64,000 nt of DNA from an archaeon (GTDB lineage Archaea; Nanobdellota; Nanobdellia; Woesearchaeales; UBA9642). The stretch covers positions 1-64,000 of the forward strand of contig JAGVGF010000006.1 of the NCBI GenBank assembly GCA_020057295.1, given 5' to 3'. The notes under the pieces were generated by a model, which was given only the letters and a program-made list of their open reading frames with translations, was not told the DNA's origin and did not search any database. A program made the position numbers and the translations under genes. Below are positions 29,829 to 39,277 of this stretch, in pieces (positions within the stretch are counted from its first letter, which is position 1; each line of letters opens with the position of its first letter).

Positions 29829-30040
29829 TTATAACAACATACTGTTATAATATAAAGAGTACGTGCTTCAGGATTATATATCCTCCTTATAAGAAAATCC
29901 TGAATGCTTCAGAAAAATCCTGAAACAGACACCTATCAGTACACAACATATGGTATGTTTGTGCTAAAATATATCAAATAAAGCTGTTTTAGGTCTTGAA
30001 ACATAAATGTTTAATCAAAATCCTGAAACAGTCTTGAACA
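29829..30040. promoter_or_regulatory. Divergent intergenic region with repeated binding motifs
   Basis: AATCCTGAA at 29896, 29916, 30019 and inverted at 29867; palindrome TTATAACA-N6-TGTTATAA 29829-29850. Confidence 0.65.
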
Positions 30041-30077
30041 GCATAACCTTTAAAAACAACATTCTCCTATAAGCACT

Positions 30078-31670
30078 ATGCGTGATACAGAAGAAGTTAT
30101 CTTAAACATATTCAAGAATAATTTAAGCAAGGAATTAAATACAGAATTCTTAGTTAAAGAAATATACACACAAGAGTATAAAGAGATTGAAGAATTACTA
30201 AATAGTACAGATCGTACAAATGTCCATAATGGTAAACGTAGAAAGTTTCAACTACACAGAAAAATATTATACTATATAAACAAACTTATAGAAAGCGACA
30301 TAATAAAAGTTTCTAAAACCGTTGATAAGGGTGAAAAATATTTTGTTCTAAAAACTGAGGAAGGAGATACAATAATAGAAAAGGGTTACAGAAAAATAAT
30401 AATAACTAAGCCTACACTCTCAACAACACAAATTGAGCAATATGAAAGCAAAGGCGTAATGAGAAAATATAGAGAGGATTCATGGATTAATAGATTTAAT
30501 TCTATACTGTTAGAATGCTCAAAAAATTCTGAATCAAGCAGATTGTACAATTTAGTTAAAGAGTGTTTGACAGATGTTAATGATACAGTTGCATTAAACG
30601 AATTTGAATATGTATTAAGAGAAATGAGCGAGAAGGAAATCACAGATTTTCTTAATAAAATATGTAGAGATACAGAAAGCTATGATAAAAATATGTCTAT
30701 AATATTAAACATAGCAAGCGTTAATAATAAGATATATCATTTTATTGACGAATACACTAACATTAATCCTAAATTTGTTAATGTAATATTTAATATAAGC
30801 AATAAAGATTTACAAAAGAATTCGAAAATCATAGAACATATAATCAAAGAATTTTCTAAACAAAAAATAAAGATTAATATAAAAAATAATGATTTAAGCA
30901 TTGCGCCTTACTTTAAGGGAAAGGCAGGAATATACAATTTTGATGATGAAGATTGGGATGTGTATACAAAAAAATTCAGAGGAAACGTTATCGGTGTAAG
31001 TTGTTCACAGTCACAAATAGCTATAAGTATCAACAGATTTTTTGAAGTATATCATACTGACGTAGAATTCAGACATGCAGTACTTAATGCCGCAAAGACA
31101 TTACTAACAGCAAATAATATTCAACGACGCAAATCTAACGAATATTTTAGAAACATAAACACTCTTAACAATCCTAATGCTGCAGATTTTTATAAATTCA
31201 GCAGAAATTATATAAGATTTTGGAACTATGATTGGCATAAAGACATTCAAGAAAATAATAATTTATTTGAACTTATAAAAAGTACAAAAGAGTTAGTGGA
31301 TAATTTTTGTTATAGTGAAGAAACAGTCTATAAGAGTTGTGGCATACCGATAAGATTTAAGATAGCTTTCAGTAGCGCATTCAGAAATTTTGATCCGAAA
31401 TTTATGGGTGAGCGTGATTATAAAAAAGCCACAGTTAAGAGAGCAGAAGATTATTATACTGGTGAGATGAAGAATTTTATAGTAATTAGAGAAAAAATGT
31501 TCGAAATATTCGACGGTGGAGATAGATTAAGAATTTTTAGAACCAGCGATTTTGAGACTACGGACATAATACACGAATTTAGTATTTTATTGAATACATA
31601 CAAAATTCCGCTATTCACTTACGATTTTAGTGGATTGCGTGGAATGGTAAAATTAACAAATTTCCTGTAA
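30078..31670 (+). CDS. Hypothetical protein with N-terminal winged-helix-like domain
   Basis: RKILYYINKLIESDIIKVSKTVDKGEKYF resembles wHTH recognition helix and wing; rest unassigned. Confidence 0.75.
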   Translation: MRDTEEVILNIFKNNLSKELNTEFLVKEIYTQEYKEIEELLNSTDRTNVHNGKRRKFQLHRKILYYINKLIESDIIKVSKTVDKGEKYFVLKTEEGDTIIEKGYRKIIITKPTLSTTQIEQYESKGVMRKYREDSWINRFNSILLECSKNSESSRLYNLVKECLTDVNDTVALNEFEYVLREMSEKEITDFLNKICRDTESYDKNMSIILNIASVNNKIYHFIDEYTNINPKFVNVIFNISNKDLQKNSKIIEHIIKEFSKQKIKINIKNNDLSIAPYFKGKAGIYNFDDEDWDVYTKKFRGNVIGVSCSQSQIAISINRFFEVYHTDVEFRHAVLNAAKTLLTANNIQRRKSNEYFRNINTLNNPNAADFYKFSRNYIRFWNYDWHKDIQENNNLFELIKSTKELVDNFCYSEETVYKSCGIPIRFKIAFSSAFRNFDPKFMGERDYKKATVKRAEDYYTGEMKNFIVIREKMFEIFDGGDRLRIFRTSDFETTDIIHEFSILLNTYKIPLFTYDFSGLRGMVKLTNFL

Positions 31671-31703
31671 GTTTAAATTAGTAAAGGAGTATGATAGAAG
31701 TAC

Positions 31704-32345
31704 ATGATAATAAACGAAAAGAACTGTATGGATGCGTGGAAGAAATCTTTAAAGCATATTATAGATAATGGTGCAGACTTTAAGGATAGAGATGAAAGAA
31801 TTTGTAGGGAAGTCTTGAATCTTATAGTTAATATTGAACATCCAGAAACTGATTATGACGCACCAATAGATTCTATGCGTAAATTTGAATGGATATATCC
31901 TTCAGTTGAGGAATTATCATCAATAATACTTAATAAAGAAGATTTAGCAATATATGAATTTAGTTATGGCCCTAGAATATTTAATTTTTTAGGTAAAAAA
32001 GATCAGATCAATGATTATATTATACCATTGTTGAAAAAAGATCCTAATAGTAGACGTGCAGTGATATCATTGTTTAATCCTGCAACTGATTCCGACATAT
32101 TAAACAAGAGCGTCCCTAGTTTATTATTCATATATTTTAAAATCAAAGACGGTAAGTTAAATACTACTTGCTTTATTAGAAGTAATGATTTCTTTATAGG
32201 TTGGCCGGGTAACATTTATCAAATATATTTACTACAAAAATATGTTGCTGATAAATTAAATACTAAAACAGGAGCATTATCCACGATATCATGTAGTGCA
32301 CATATATTTCAAGAAAATCTCGAAAATATAAATAAAATATTATAA
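31704..32345 (+). CDS. Thymidylate synthase-like protein (short archaeal type; catalytic Cys replaced by Ser)
   Basis: SYGPRI, DPNSRRA, VPSL (normally PC), RSND...P.N, SAHIF. Confidence 0.85.
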   Translation: MIINEKNCMDAWKKSLKHIIDNGADFKDRDERICREVLNLIVNIEHPETDYDAPIDSMRKFEWIYPSVEELSSIILNKEDLAIYEFSYGPRIFNFLGKKDQINDYIIPLLKKDPNSRRAVISLFNPATDSDILNKSVPSLLFIYFKIKDGKLNTTCFIRSNDFFIGWPGNIYQIYLLQKYVADKLNTKTGALSTISCSAHIFQENLENINKIL

Positions 32346-32435
32346 AGAATATATCAAAAAAAATAATATTAGAAATCACTAATTCTCGAGTGTAAAACAA
32401 AAAAGTTTATAAATAAGTTGCCGCAGTTGTGAATT

Positions 32436-32624
32436 ATGACAAAGAAAGAATATCAAGACGGAGAAGAACCTCCAGTTGATGAATTTGAATCTAATCCTGA
32501 AAGTTTAAGGGATGCTGACGCAATTACTGATGCAGAAGAAGCATTCATGGAAGGATACGAATCAGGAATGGATGAGGAAGAAGAAGAGGAAGAAAAAGAA
32601 AAAGTCGATGAATTTGATATATAA
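32436..32624 (+). CDS. Small highly acidic protein
   Basis: 62 aa, D/E-rich, EEAFMEGY; TATA-like element upstream. Confidence 0.75.
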   Translation: MTKKEYQDGEEPPVDEFESNPESLRDADAITDAEEAFMEGYESGMDEEEEEEEKEKVDEFDI

Positions 32625-32697
32625 TCCTCTACAGTAACACTGTTTCTAGACTACATTTAAGAAGCTTGTCAAGATATAATTTTTAAGAAAAATTTAA

Positions 32698-32976
32698 TTA
32701 TGATTCTAGTCCGAATGAATCTGTAAATTCTGCAATCATCTTGTATTTATTCAAATAATCAAAGCCTTTCTGTGTCAAAGAATATGTTTTGCTATCGCCT
32801 TGAATATTTTCTAATATAAAATCTTTACCCATTAACTCTTTCAAGTATTCTTCCATCATTTGATGAGAAAGGTTGCTCTTATAAAGAATATGGGTTGGCT
32901 TAATACGATTGTTTTTGTCATGTACTGCCTTCAATATATCGTAGATTATTCTTAATCTATCACGTTTTTTTGCCAT
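32698..32976 (-). CDS. Winged-helix transcriptional regulator (archaeal HTH_45-like)
   Basis: KRDR..IIYDIL...KPTHILYKSNLS...YL..L...YSLTQKG; start placed at MAKKR. Confidence 0.88.
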   Translation of the reverse strand: MAKKRDRLRIIYDILKAVHDKNNRIKPTHILYKSNLSHQMMEEYLKELMGKDFILENIQGDSKTYSLTQKGFDYLNKYKMIAEFTDSFGLES

Positions 32977-33661
32977 TTTTACGCTTTTGTTTCTGTTTTC
33001 CAACCCTTAATATAAATAATAAATTAACCAACACCAGTATGTAAGCTATTAACTCTAATATGTGTCCTATAACATAATATGTTGAATTATCCATAGCAAA
33101 TATAAATTGTAAATATGCTATAAATAATAATATCATTGCAATAAGTACAATTAGTGATGTAGACTTACGCGTAGCCCAATAATTTCTTAGATAATAATAA
33201 ACTATAAATCCGAGCAATACTGCAGATAACATGTATAATAAAAATGTCTTATAAGGACTAAAATATAAGGCTGAAAATACGAGCAAGAATAACAGTATAA
33301 ACGTCTGTAAACTATAGATTCTTAATGCAACATATGCTAAAAGTAATAATCCTATGAGAAATAATATTGCGTGTACATAGATTCCGAACAGATTTAATAA
33401 ATATACGTCCTGTAATTTTATCAATCCACAAATATCATCATCCAATCGCGCCATCATTATAAAATTTAATACAGATTGAACAATATAAGATGCTGCTATG
33501 AAAAAGAATGCTAATGAGAATAATTTTATATTACGTTCTCCTGATATCTTATAGATTTTCCAAGCATAAAAGCTTACTAGTAGAGTGATTACAGCAAATA
33601 ATACTTCTAATAGTATATCATATCCAAAGAACCATTGTGGTGTTATAAAGACGTTACCCAT
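32960..33661 (-). CDS. About 7-TM membrane protein overlapping the wHTH gene
   Basis: Seven hydrophobic segments; GH..E motif in last TM. Confidence 0.8.
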   Translation of the reverse strand: MGNVFITPQWFFGYDILLEVLFAVITLLVSFYAWKIYKISGERNIKLFSLAFFFIAASYIVQSVLNFIMMARLDDDICGLIKLQDVYLLNLFGIYVHAILFLIGLLLLAYVALRIYSLQTFILLFLLVFSALYFSPYKTFLLYMLSAVLLGFIVYYYLRNYWATRKSTSLIVLIAMILLFIAYLQFIFAMDNSTYYVIGHILELIAYILVLVNLLFILRVGKQKQKRKNGKKT

Positions 33662-33765
33662 ACTTATAGAGTAATTGGACTGTTTTTATAGTTTATGGAA
33701 ACGGCCTACATAAATATATATTGATAACAACACAACAATACATCTATATTGGCTTAAATATTAAC

Positions 33766-35694
33766 TTAATCCATATCAAATGTTAAAGATTTGCTTCTTA
33801 TATTAGAGACCATTTTCTGGATAAATGCTTCTTTGCTAACACCAAACTTGACTTTACCATCAAGTGTTCTGACCGCTAGTGTATGATTTTCCATTTCCTT
33901 ATCACCAATAGTAATCATTAAGGGTATTTGTAGCAACTGTGCATCCCTAACTTTTTTAGGAGTACTTTCTGTACGTTCATCGACTTCTACACGAATACCG
34001 TGTCTATGCATTTCTGCTTGTAAATCTTTACAATACGCAGTATGCCTATCAGCTATAGGTAACAATTTAACTTGAACAGGACTAAGCCATAAAGGAAATT
34101 TACCAGCAAAGTGTTCCGTCATTATTCCAAAAAATCTTTCAAGAGATCCTAATATCGCTCTATGAATCATAACGGCATACTGCTTCTTACCATCATTATC
34201 AACATACATTGTCTCAAACCTTTGTGGCAAATTAAAATCAAGTTGACATGTTGGACACTGCCACTTTCGTCCTAATGCATCTTCTATATCTATATCAATT
34301 TTTGGACCATAAAATGCTCCGTCACCAGGCTTAACTTCATAAGGTATATCTGCCTTCTTCAATGCACTTGCAAGTATTCCTTCAGCCTGATCCCACAACT
34401 CTTTAGTTCCAAGCGACTTTTCTGGTTTCGTAGACAAATAATATTTTAATTTAAAATTAAATACTTCATTCCATACATATTTAATAAATTCTAGTACGCC
34501 AAATACTTCATCTTCTATCTGATCAAATCTACAAAATATGTGTGCATCATCTTGTGAAAATTTTCTAACTCTGACCATTCCTGTTAATGTCCCGGAAAAT
34601 TCGTTTCTATGCAATGAACAGAAATCTGCAATTCTTATAGGCAAATCCTTGTAACTTTTTACATCTCTATTATATATTAAACAGTGCGATGGACAATTCA
34701 TGGGTTTTAATGAAAATTCCTGACCCTCAATATCAAGTACAAACATATCGCTTCTATAATGTTCCCAATGTCCAGATGTTTCCCACAATTTTTTATTGTA
34801 CATTTGAGGAGTTATTACCTCTTTGTATCCTCTCTTTTGATATTCAGATCGTATAAAATTTAGTAATTCATTATATATTATCGTTCCGTTAAATAGAAAA
34901 AAAGGCGCTCCTGGAGAATATTCGTGAAAATAAACGAGATTCAAATCCTGTGTTAATTTTCTATGATCTCTCTTTTCCGCTTCTTCGAGTAATTTTAAGT
35001 AAGCATCTAAATCTTTCTTTTCAATAAATGCTGTACCATAAATTCTTTGAAGTTGTTTGTTATTACTATCTGCTCTCCAATATGCTCCAGCTACTTTCAT
35101 AAGCTTAACTGCTTTTAATTTAGAAGTTCTTGGAACATGAGGTCCTCGACATAAATCAAAGAATTCTCCTTGTTTATACATAGAAATTTTTTCAGTAGCA
35201 TCATCCATTGCTTCAATCATTTCAACTTTATAGTCATTTGTTGCAAACAATTTTAATGCATCACGCTTGGATAATTCTTCTCTATAAACCGGCAAATCTT
35301 CTTTAACGATTTTTTCCATTTCTGCCTCTATTGCTGCAAAGTCGTTAGTACTAAAAGTTTTTTCAGAATCAATATCATAATAAAACCCTTCCTCTACAAC
35401 TGGACCAATAGTTAATTTAATGTCAGGATACATTCGAGTTAATGCTTGCGCAAGCAAATGCGCACTACTATGTCTTATAACTTCTAATCCTTCTTTGTCT
35501 CTTCCAGTAATTATTTGTAACTGTGAATCTCCAGAAATTTTAGAGGACATGTCAACTAATTTGCCATTGACTTTTGCTGCTAACGCGGCCATTGCAAGTC
35601 TCGGACCAATCTTTTCAGCAATCTCCATAATAGAAGTTTCCTTAGGATACTCTGCTACATTACCATCAGGAAAAGTTATTTTAACAACACTCAT
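33766..35694 (-). CDS. thrS: Threonine--tRNA ligase (bacterial-type)
   Basis: TGS domain, HSSAH and DLCRGPH editing motifs, KPMNCP, GAFYGPKID, HRAILGSLERF. Confidence 0.98.
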   Translation of the reverse strand: MSVVKITFPDGNVAEYPKETSIMEIAEKIGPRLAMAALAAKVNGKLVDMSSKISGDSQLQIITGRDKEGLEVIRHSSAHLLAQALTRMYPDIKLTIGPVVEEGFYYDIDSEKTFSTNDFAAIEAEMEKIVKEDLPVYREELSKRDALKLFATNDYKVEMIEAMDDATEKISMYKQGEFFDLCRGPHVPRTSKLKAVKLMKVAGAYWRADSNNKQLQRIYGTAFIEKKDLDAYLKLLEEAEKRDHRKLTQDLNLVYFHEYSPGAPFFLFNGTIIYNELLNFIRSEYQKRGYKEVITPQMYNKKLWETSGHWEHYRSDMFVLDIEGQEFSLKPMNCPSHCLIYNRDVKSYKDLPIRIADFCSLHRNEFSGTLTGMVRVRKFSQDDAHIFCRFDQIEDEVFGVLEFIKYVWNEVFNFKLKYYLSTKPEKSLGTKELWDQAEGILASALKKADIPYEVKPGDGAFYGPKIDIDIEDALGRKWQCPTCQLDFNLPQRFETMYVDNDGKKQYAVMIHRAILGSLERFFGIMTEHFAGKFPLWLSPVQVKLLPIADRHTAYCKDLQAEMHRHGIRVEVDERTESTPKKVRDAQLLQIPLMITIGDKEMENHTLAVRTLDGKVKFGVSKEAFIQKMVSNIRSKSLTFDMD

Positions 35695-35802
35695 TCAAAT
35701 CACCCACGCAATACAACTGCGTATAATAGCAAAAATAGTCGAGATTTTAAAAGTTTATTATTATATTGAGAGTTTATCTAATAATAGATGTTATAATAGA
35801 TA

Positions 35803-36009
35803 TTATCCTCTTCTGTTCATTCGATGTTTACGAAAAAATAGATTTAGAAATAACAATATAAAAAAAATCACTAATGACACAATCATTCCTATCTGCAGTT
35901 CTGTCATATCAGAGAACTTTTTTCCACTGGTGGAAAAAACATATAGCAGCAAAGTAAATATTAAGAAGAATAAAATCATAAAAAAATATATTAGTTTACG
36001 TGTATTCAT
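35803..36009 (-). CDS. Small 2-TM protein
   Basis: Two hydrophobic segments, basic tail. Confidence 0.6.
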   Translation of the reverse strand: MNTRKLIYFFMILFFLIFTLLLYVFSTSGKKFSDMTELQIGMIVSLVIFFILLFLNLFFRKHRMNRRG

Positions 36010-36034
36010 AAAATATAAAAAATATTTTTATAAA

Positions 36035-36232
36035 TTATTTCTTATCAACTTTGTACATGAACGTATTTCTCTTGCCTGTGTTCTTGTACTTGATTATATT
36101 CGTCTTACGTAATTTTTTAAGACTCATAGTTACTGAGCCTATAGAAACTTTTAATTTTTCAGAAATTTCTCTAGATGTAAACCATTTACCTTTGTTTTTA
36201 CATAAAAAGTCGTATACTTCCTGTTGACCCAT
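36035..36232 (-). CDS. Small HTH DNA-binding protein
   Basis: MGQQEV..FL....W.TSREI...L.VS..SV..SL.KL. Confidence 0.85.
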   Translation of the reverse strand: MGQQEVYDFLCKNKGKWFTSREISEKLKVSIGSVTMSLKKLRKTNIIKYKNTGKRNTFMYKVDKK

Positions 36233-36249
36233 TATAATAACCCCCGTTA

Positions 36250-36309
36250 ATACATGAAACTCATGTATAAAATATATGTTCTAAAATACATGAAACCAAG
36301 CATGTATTT
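36250..36309 (-). promoter_or_regulatory. Two related palindromes upstream of the HTH gene
   Basis: ATACATG-N5-CATGTAT 36250-36268; AAATACATG-N8-CATGTATTT 36284-36309. Confidence 0.6.
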
Positions 36310-36460
36310 AAGCTTTTCCTTTTCACTCGATAGTTATAGCATATGCAAAAAAAGACATCGTCAATATAATCGTCTTTTTTGCACCCTAAAAATGATAAAA
36401 TCATTTTTATGGTTTATAAATGTTGATTTATAAAGAATAAGCACAAAATAAGACGAAAAA

Positions 36461-36712
36461 TTAACGTTTAGGTTTAGTAAACAAGTTTACAACAACTTCA
36501 TAATCACTTTTTTTTACGTATAAGCTATTCATGCCATCAGATTGAAGTTCACTATCATGCTCAACTCTAAATGGAATGTTATTAGCTTGAAGAACAGCAA
36601 CCAAGTCTTTATCATGAGAATCCATACCAAACAATCCCGCATTTTCAATTAGCGTATATTGTATCCATCCTTCAGAATCCATTTTTTCCATCAATTTAGT
36701 TTTTTTATCCAT
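36461..36712 (-). CDS. Hypothetical protein
   Basis: Start moved to MDKKTK behind GGTGA; L..N.IPF...LYV...D pattern resembles small DUF2007-like domains. Confidence 0.65.
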   Translation of the reverse strand: MDKKTKLMEKMDSEGWIQYTLIENAGLFGMDSHDKDLVAVLQANNIPFRVEHDSELQSDGMNSLYVKKSDYEVVVNLFTKPKR

Positions 36713-36720
36713 AAAATCAC

Positions 36721-36855
36721 CTATAATACAAATCCTAAAACAATTGCTACTAATCCTACAGCAATAATAGCATATGCTATCCATAAATCCATACTTAAAT
36801 TTTTGAAATAATCAGAAAAACCATCAGAATCCAATGTTATTTTCTTATCTGCCAT
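36721..36855 (-). CDS. 44-aa single-TM microprotein
   Basis: MADKKITLDSDGFSDYFKNLSMDLWIAYAIIAVGLVAIVLGFVL*; tightly packed between neighbours. Confidence 0.7.
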   Translation of the reverse strand: MADKKITLDSDGFSDYFKNLSMDLWIAYAIIAVGLVAIVLGFVL

Positions 36856-36856
36856 C

Positions 36857-36988
36857 TTAATTCACACTTAAAGCTTTCATCGTCTTATTGCCACAATGTG
36901 GACATACCCATTCCTGAAATATACTATTACCAGAATTTAATTTTCCAGCCTTCTTCAATTCAGATTTACACTTTGAACATACTTCCAT
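36857..36988 (-). CDS. 43-aa zinc-ribbon microprotein
   Basis: MEVCSKCKSELKKAGKLNSGNSIFQEWVCPHCGNKTMKALSVN*; GAGGTGA SD. Confidence 0.8.
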   Translation of the reverse strand: MEVCSKCKSELKKAGKLNSGNSIFQEWVCPHCGNKTMKALSVN

Positions 36989-37075
36989 ACTATTCACCTC
37001 TTGAATCTTAGAAAGACTTGTTTATATAGTTTATTAATTGAAAATTATAATAAAGCCATACTAATAATTTTATAA

Positions 37076-38170
37076 TTATCGTAGATGTATCTCAATTATA
37101 TCTCTATCCTGTAACTTGTGATCTAACATAAATCTTTGTCCAGGAAATTTTGAACTTTTACCCCAAACTCTACAGAATTTGAATTTTGAAACAAAATCTT
37201 TATGTAACTTATTACATATATCTTCAATTTTTGAATTTCTAGCTATAATTAACGGAATTTTTAGGTCTGCCTCTTTGCTTGGTTCCTTCAAATATATTCT
37301 TATTAAATCTAATTTTTCAAATATCAATTCTTTTAACTGCTCAATATAGATTTTGTCCTTTGCACTAATTGCTAAATCTGCTTTTAACTCAGTAACAATT
37401 TTTTCAACTTGTTTTTCTGTTGCTAAATCAATTTTATTTACAACAATGATTGCAGGAATATATTTTTTATTACCCTCTAAAACATCAATAAATTCATCAA
37501 CATCGATATCAGTTCTTATAATAATATCGGCATTATTTATCTTAAATTCTTTACATACAGATTTTATTGTTTCCTCATCAATCTTGGTCAATTTTACTGT
37601 ACTAGCAACCTTTATTCCACCATGCGAACCCTTAACTATCCTAACTTCCGGTTTCTTTTTATTTAATCTTAAGTGCGAATCATATATCTCTTTTTTTAAC
37701 ACGTCATAATGCTCAGGAGCATTCACATCAATAATTAATAGTGCTAAATCGGCAGATCTCATTACGGACAATACTTCCTTACCTCTTCCTGTTCCAGCTG
37801 CTGCACCTTTAACAATTCCTGGAACATCTAATATCTGAATTTTTGCATCACCAAAATGCATTATTCCAGGAACAACAGTTAATGTTGTAAATGCATAAGC
37901 AGCAGTTTTAGACTCTGCATTTGTTAAATCATTTAACAGAGTAGATTTTCCAACTGATGGAAATCCTACAAGAATTACTGTTCCATCGCCTGTTTTTCTA
38001 ACATCATAACCTTCCATCTTCTTGCCGCCAGAACCACGAGTTTCACGTTTTTCCTTAAGCTTGGCAAGTTTAGCCTTCATTAAGCCGACGGCATGTTGTG
38101 TACTTTTATTATATTTAGTCTTAGCAATTTGTGCTTCTATCTCTTGAATTTCTGAATTATATTCTACCAC
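37076..38170 (-). CDS. drg: DRG/OBG family GTPase with TGS domain
   Basis: GFPSVGKST, YAFTTL, DVPG, NKID, VWGKS. Confidence 0.95.
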   Translation of the reverse strand: MVEYNSEIQEIEAQIAKTKYNKSTQHAVGLMKAKLAKLKEKRETRGSGGKKMEGYDVRKTGDGTVILVGFPSVGKSTLLNDLTNAESKTAAYAFTTLTVVPGIMHFGDAKIQILDVPGIVKGAAAGTGRGKEVLSVMRSADLALLIIDVNAPEHYDVLKKEIYDSHLRLNKKKPEVRIVKGSHGGIKVASTVKLTKIDEETIKSVCKEFKINNADIIIRTDIDVDEFIDVLEGNKKYIPAIIVVNKIDLATEKQVEKIVTELKADLAISAKDKIYIEQLKELIFEKLDLIRIYLKEPSKEADLKIPLIIARNSKIEDICNKLHKDFVSKFKFCRVWGKSSKFPGQRFMLDHKLQDRDIIEIHLR

Positions 38171-38253
38171 AATGATGAATATTCTTAACTTGTTTTAAAG
38201 TTTTCGCGTTTAGAAGGATAAAATTTAAATATAACGTCTCCTAAAACCATTAT

Positions 38254-39198
38254 ATGAAAAAGGGGTACTCAATAATAATCATCTTTTCTATACTATTATT
38301 ATCTTTAAGAATAGTTAGTGCAGCTTATTCTTGTATGGATGGATCATCAGATACTCCTTGCGTGTGTGGTCATACTCCAAACTCTGCTCAAGGATACGGA
38401 CAAGTAATCATTGGTGGCGGTAATGTTTCTATAATATCATGCGATAATATTGATGATGATGCCTGCCCAGAAGATTTTATGGATCCAGTAACTAGACAAG
38501 TTGGTAATTGTAGTAGTTGTCCTGACCCTGATTGTACAGCAACAGTCAATGGAGGAGTGTTAGAAGACAGAACAGGTGCTCCTGTTGAGAAAGCTGTAAT
38601 AACTGGAAATCCTATTAAGTGGAATCAGAGTGCAAATCTTGAGCGTAGCAATTTGTCAACAAATGCTCAGGGTAACTTTACGCTTACAGCGTTAACTGGA
38701 ACATATTTTTTCAGTGCATCAAAAGGTGCTTATGATACTCAATTAATAGAAGCAACAGTTATAAGAGGAAAAACAGCAAGCATATATTTCAGATTAATTA
38801 ATGGTACATGTCATTCAGATTGTACAAACAGTTATGGTAGATGTAATCAGGCATGTGATGGTGTAAACTTTACTGATGGAATGTGTAGATTCTATAGTAC
38901 AGGAGCATCACCATTAAGGAATGATGCTGGTGCAGTAATATTTGATGGTAGCATAGCTTCTCAATGTAATAATAGAATGTTGAATACAGAAATAAGATTA
39001 GGTCAAAAAAATGCCACGGCAGCATATTTTATCAAATGTAATACCAATACAGCACCATACAGCAACGCACCGTACATTAAATACTATGCTACAGCCTCAA
39101 CAGATACTGGCACAATAAAGAATTTGATTAAAGTTGAAAAAATAGCCAAATATAATGATATACCTGTAAGAGTTGTTATAGCATATTGGCAATCATAA
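38254..39198 (+). CDS. Secreted Cys-rich protein with carboxypeptidase-regulatory-like beta domain
   Basis: Signal peptide, many Cys, G.V....G.P...A.I...TNAQGNF...GTY...ASKGAY. Confidence 0.7.
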   Translation: MKKGYSIIIIFSILLLSLRIVSAAYSCMDGSSDTPCVCGHTPNSAQGYGQVIIGGGNVSIISCDNIDDDACPEDFMDPVTRQVGNCSSCPDPDCTATVNGGVLEDRTGAPVEKAVITGNPIKWNQSANLERSNLSTNAQGNFTLTALTGTYFFSASKGAYDTQLIEATVIRGKTASIYFRLINGTCHSDCTNSYGRCNQACDGVNFTDGMCRFYSTGASPLRNDAGAVIFDGSIASQCNNRMLNTEIRLGQKNATAAYFIKCNTNTAPYSNAPYIKYYATASTDTGTIKNLIKVEKIAKYNDIPVRVVIAYWQS

Positions 39199-39277
39199 TT
39201 GTAAACATTAACTTTAGCAAAATTTTTATACCAAATTCTATAGTTAGACACAATATTAGTAAAAAATGGGGTGAAGT

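Noticed and set aside
31704-32345. Calling this gene a functional thyA or a phage dCMP hydroxymethylase
   Set aside because: Catalytic Cys is absent, the specificity residue is Asn rather than Asp, and there is no viral context.
35420-36112. 230-aa plus-strand ORF
   Set aside because: Antisense to thrS and two small genes; no recognisable motif.
36344-36383. Imperfect inverted repeat GCAAAAAAAGAC...GTCTTTTTTGC
   Set aside because: Largely A/T homopolymer with a bulge; may be a terminator but not supportable as a distinct feature.
36713-36784. Cys-rich N-terminal extension of the 107-aa ORF call
   Set aside because: Overlaps the 44-aa TM ORF in another frame; a GGTGA SD supports the start at 36712.
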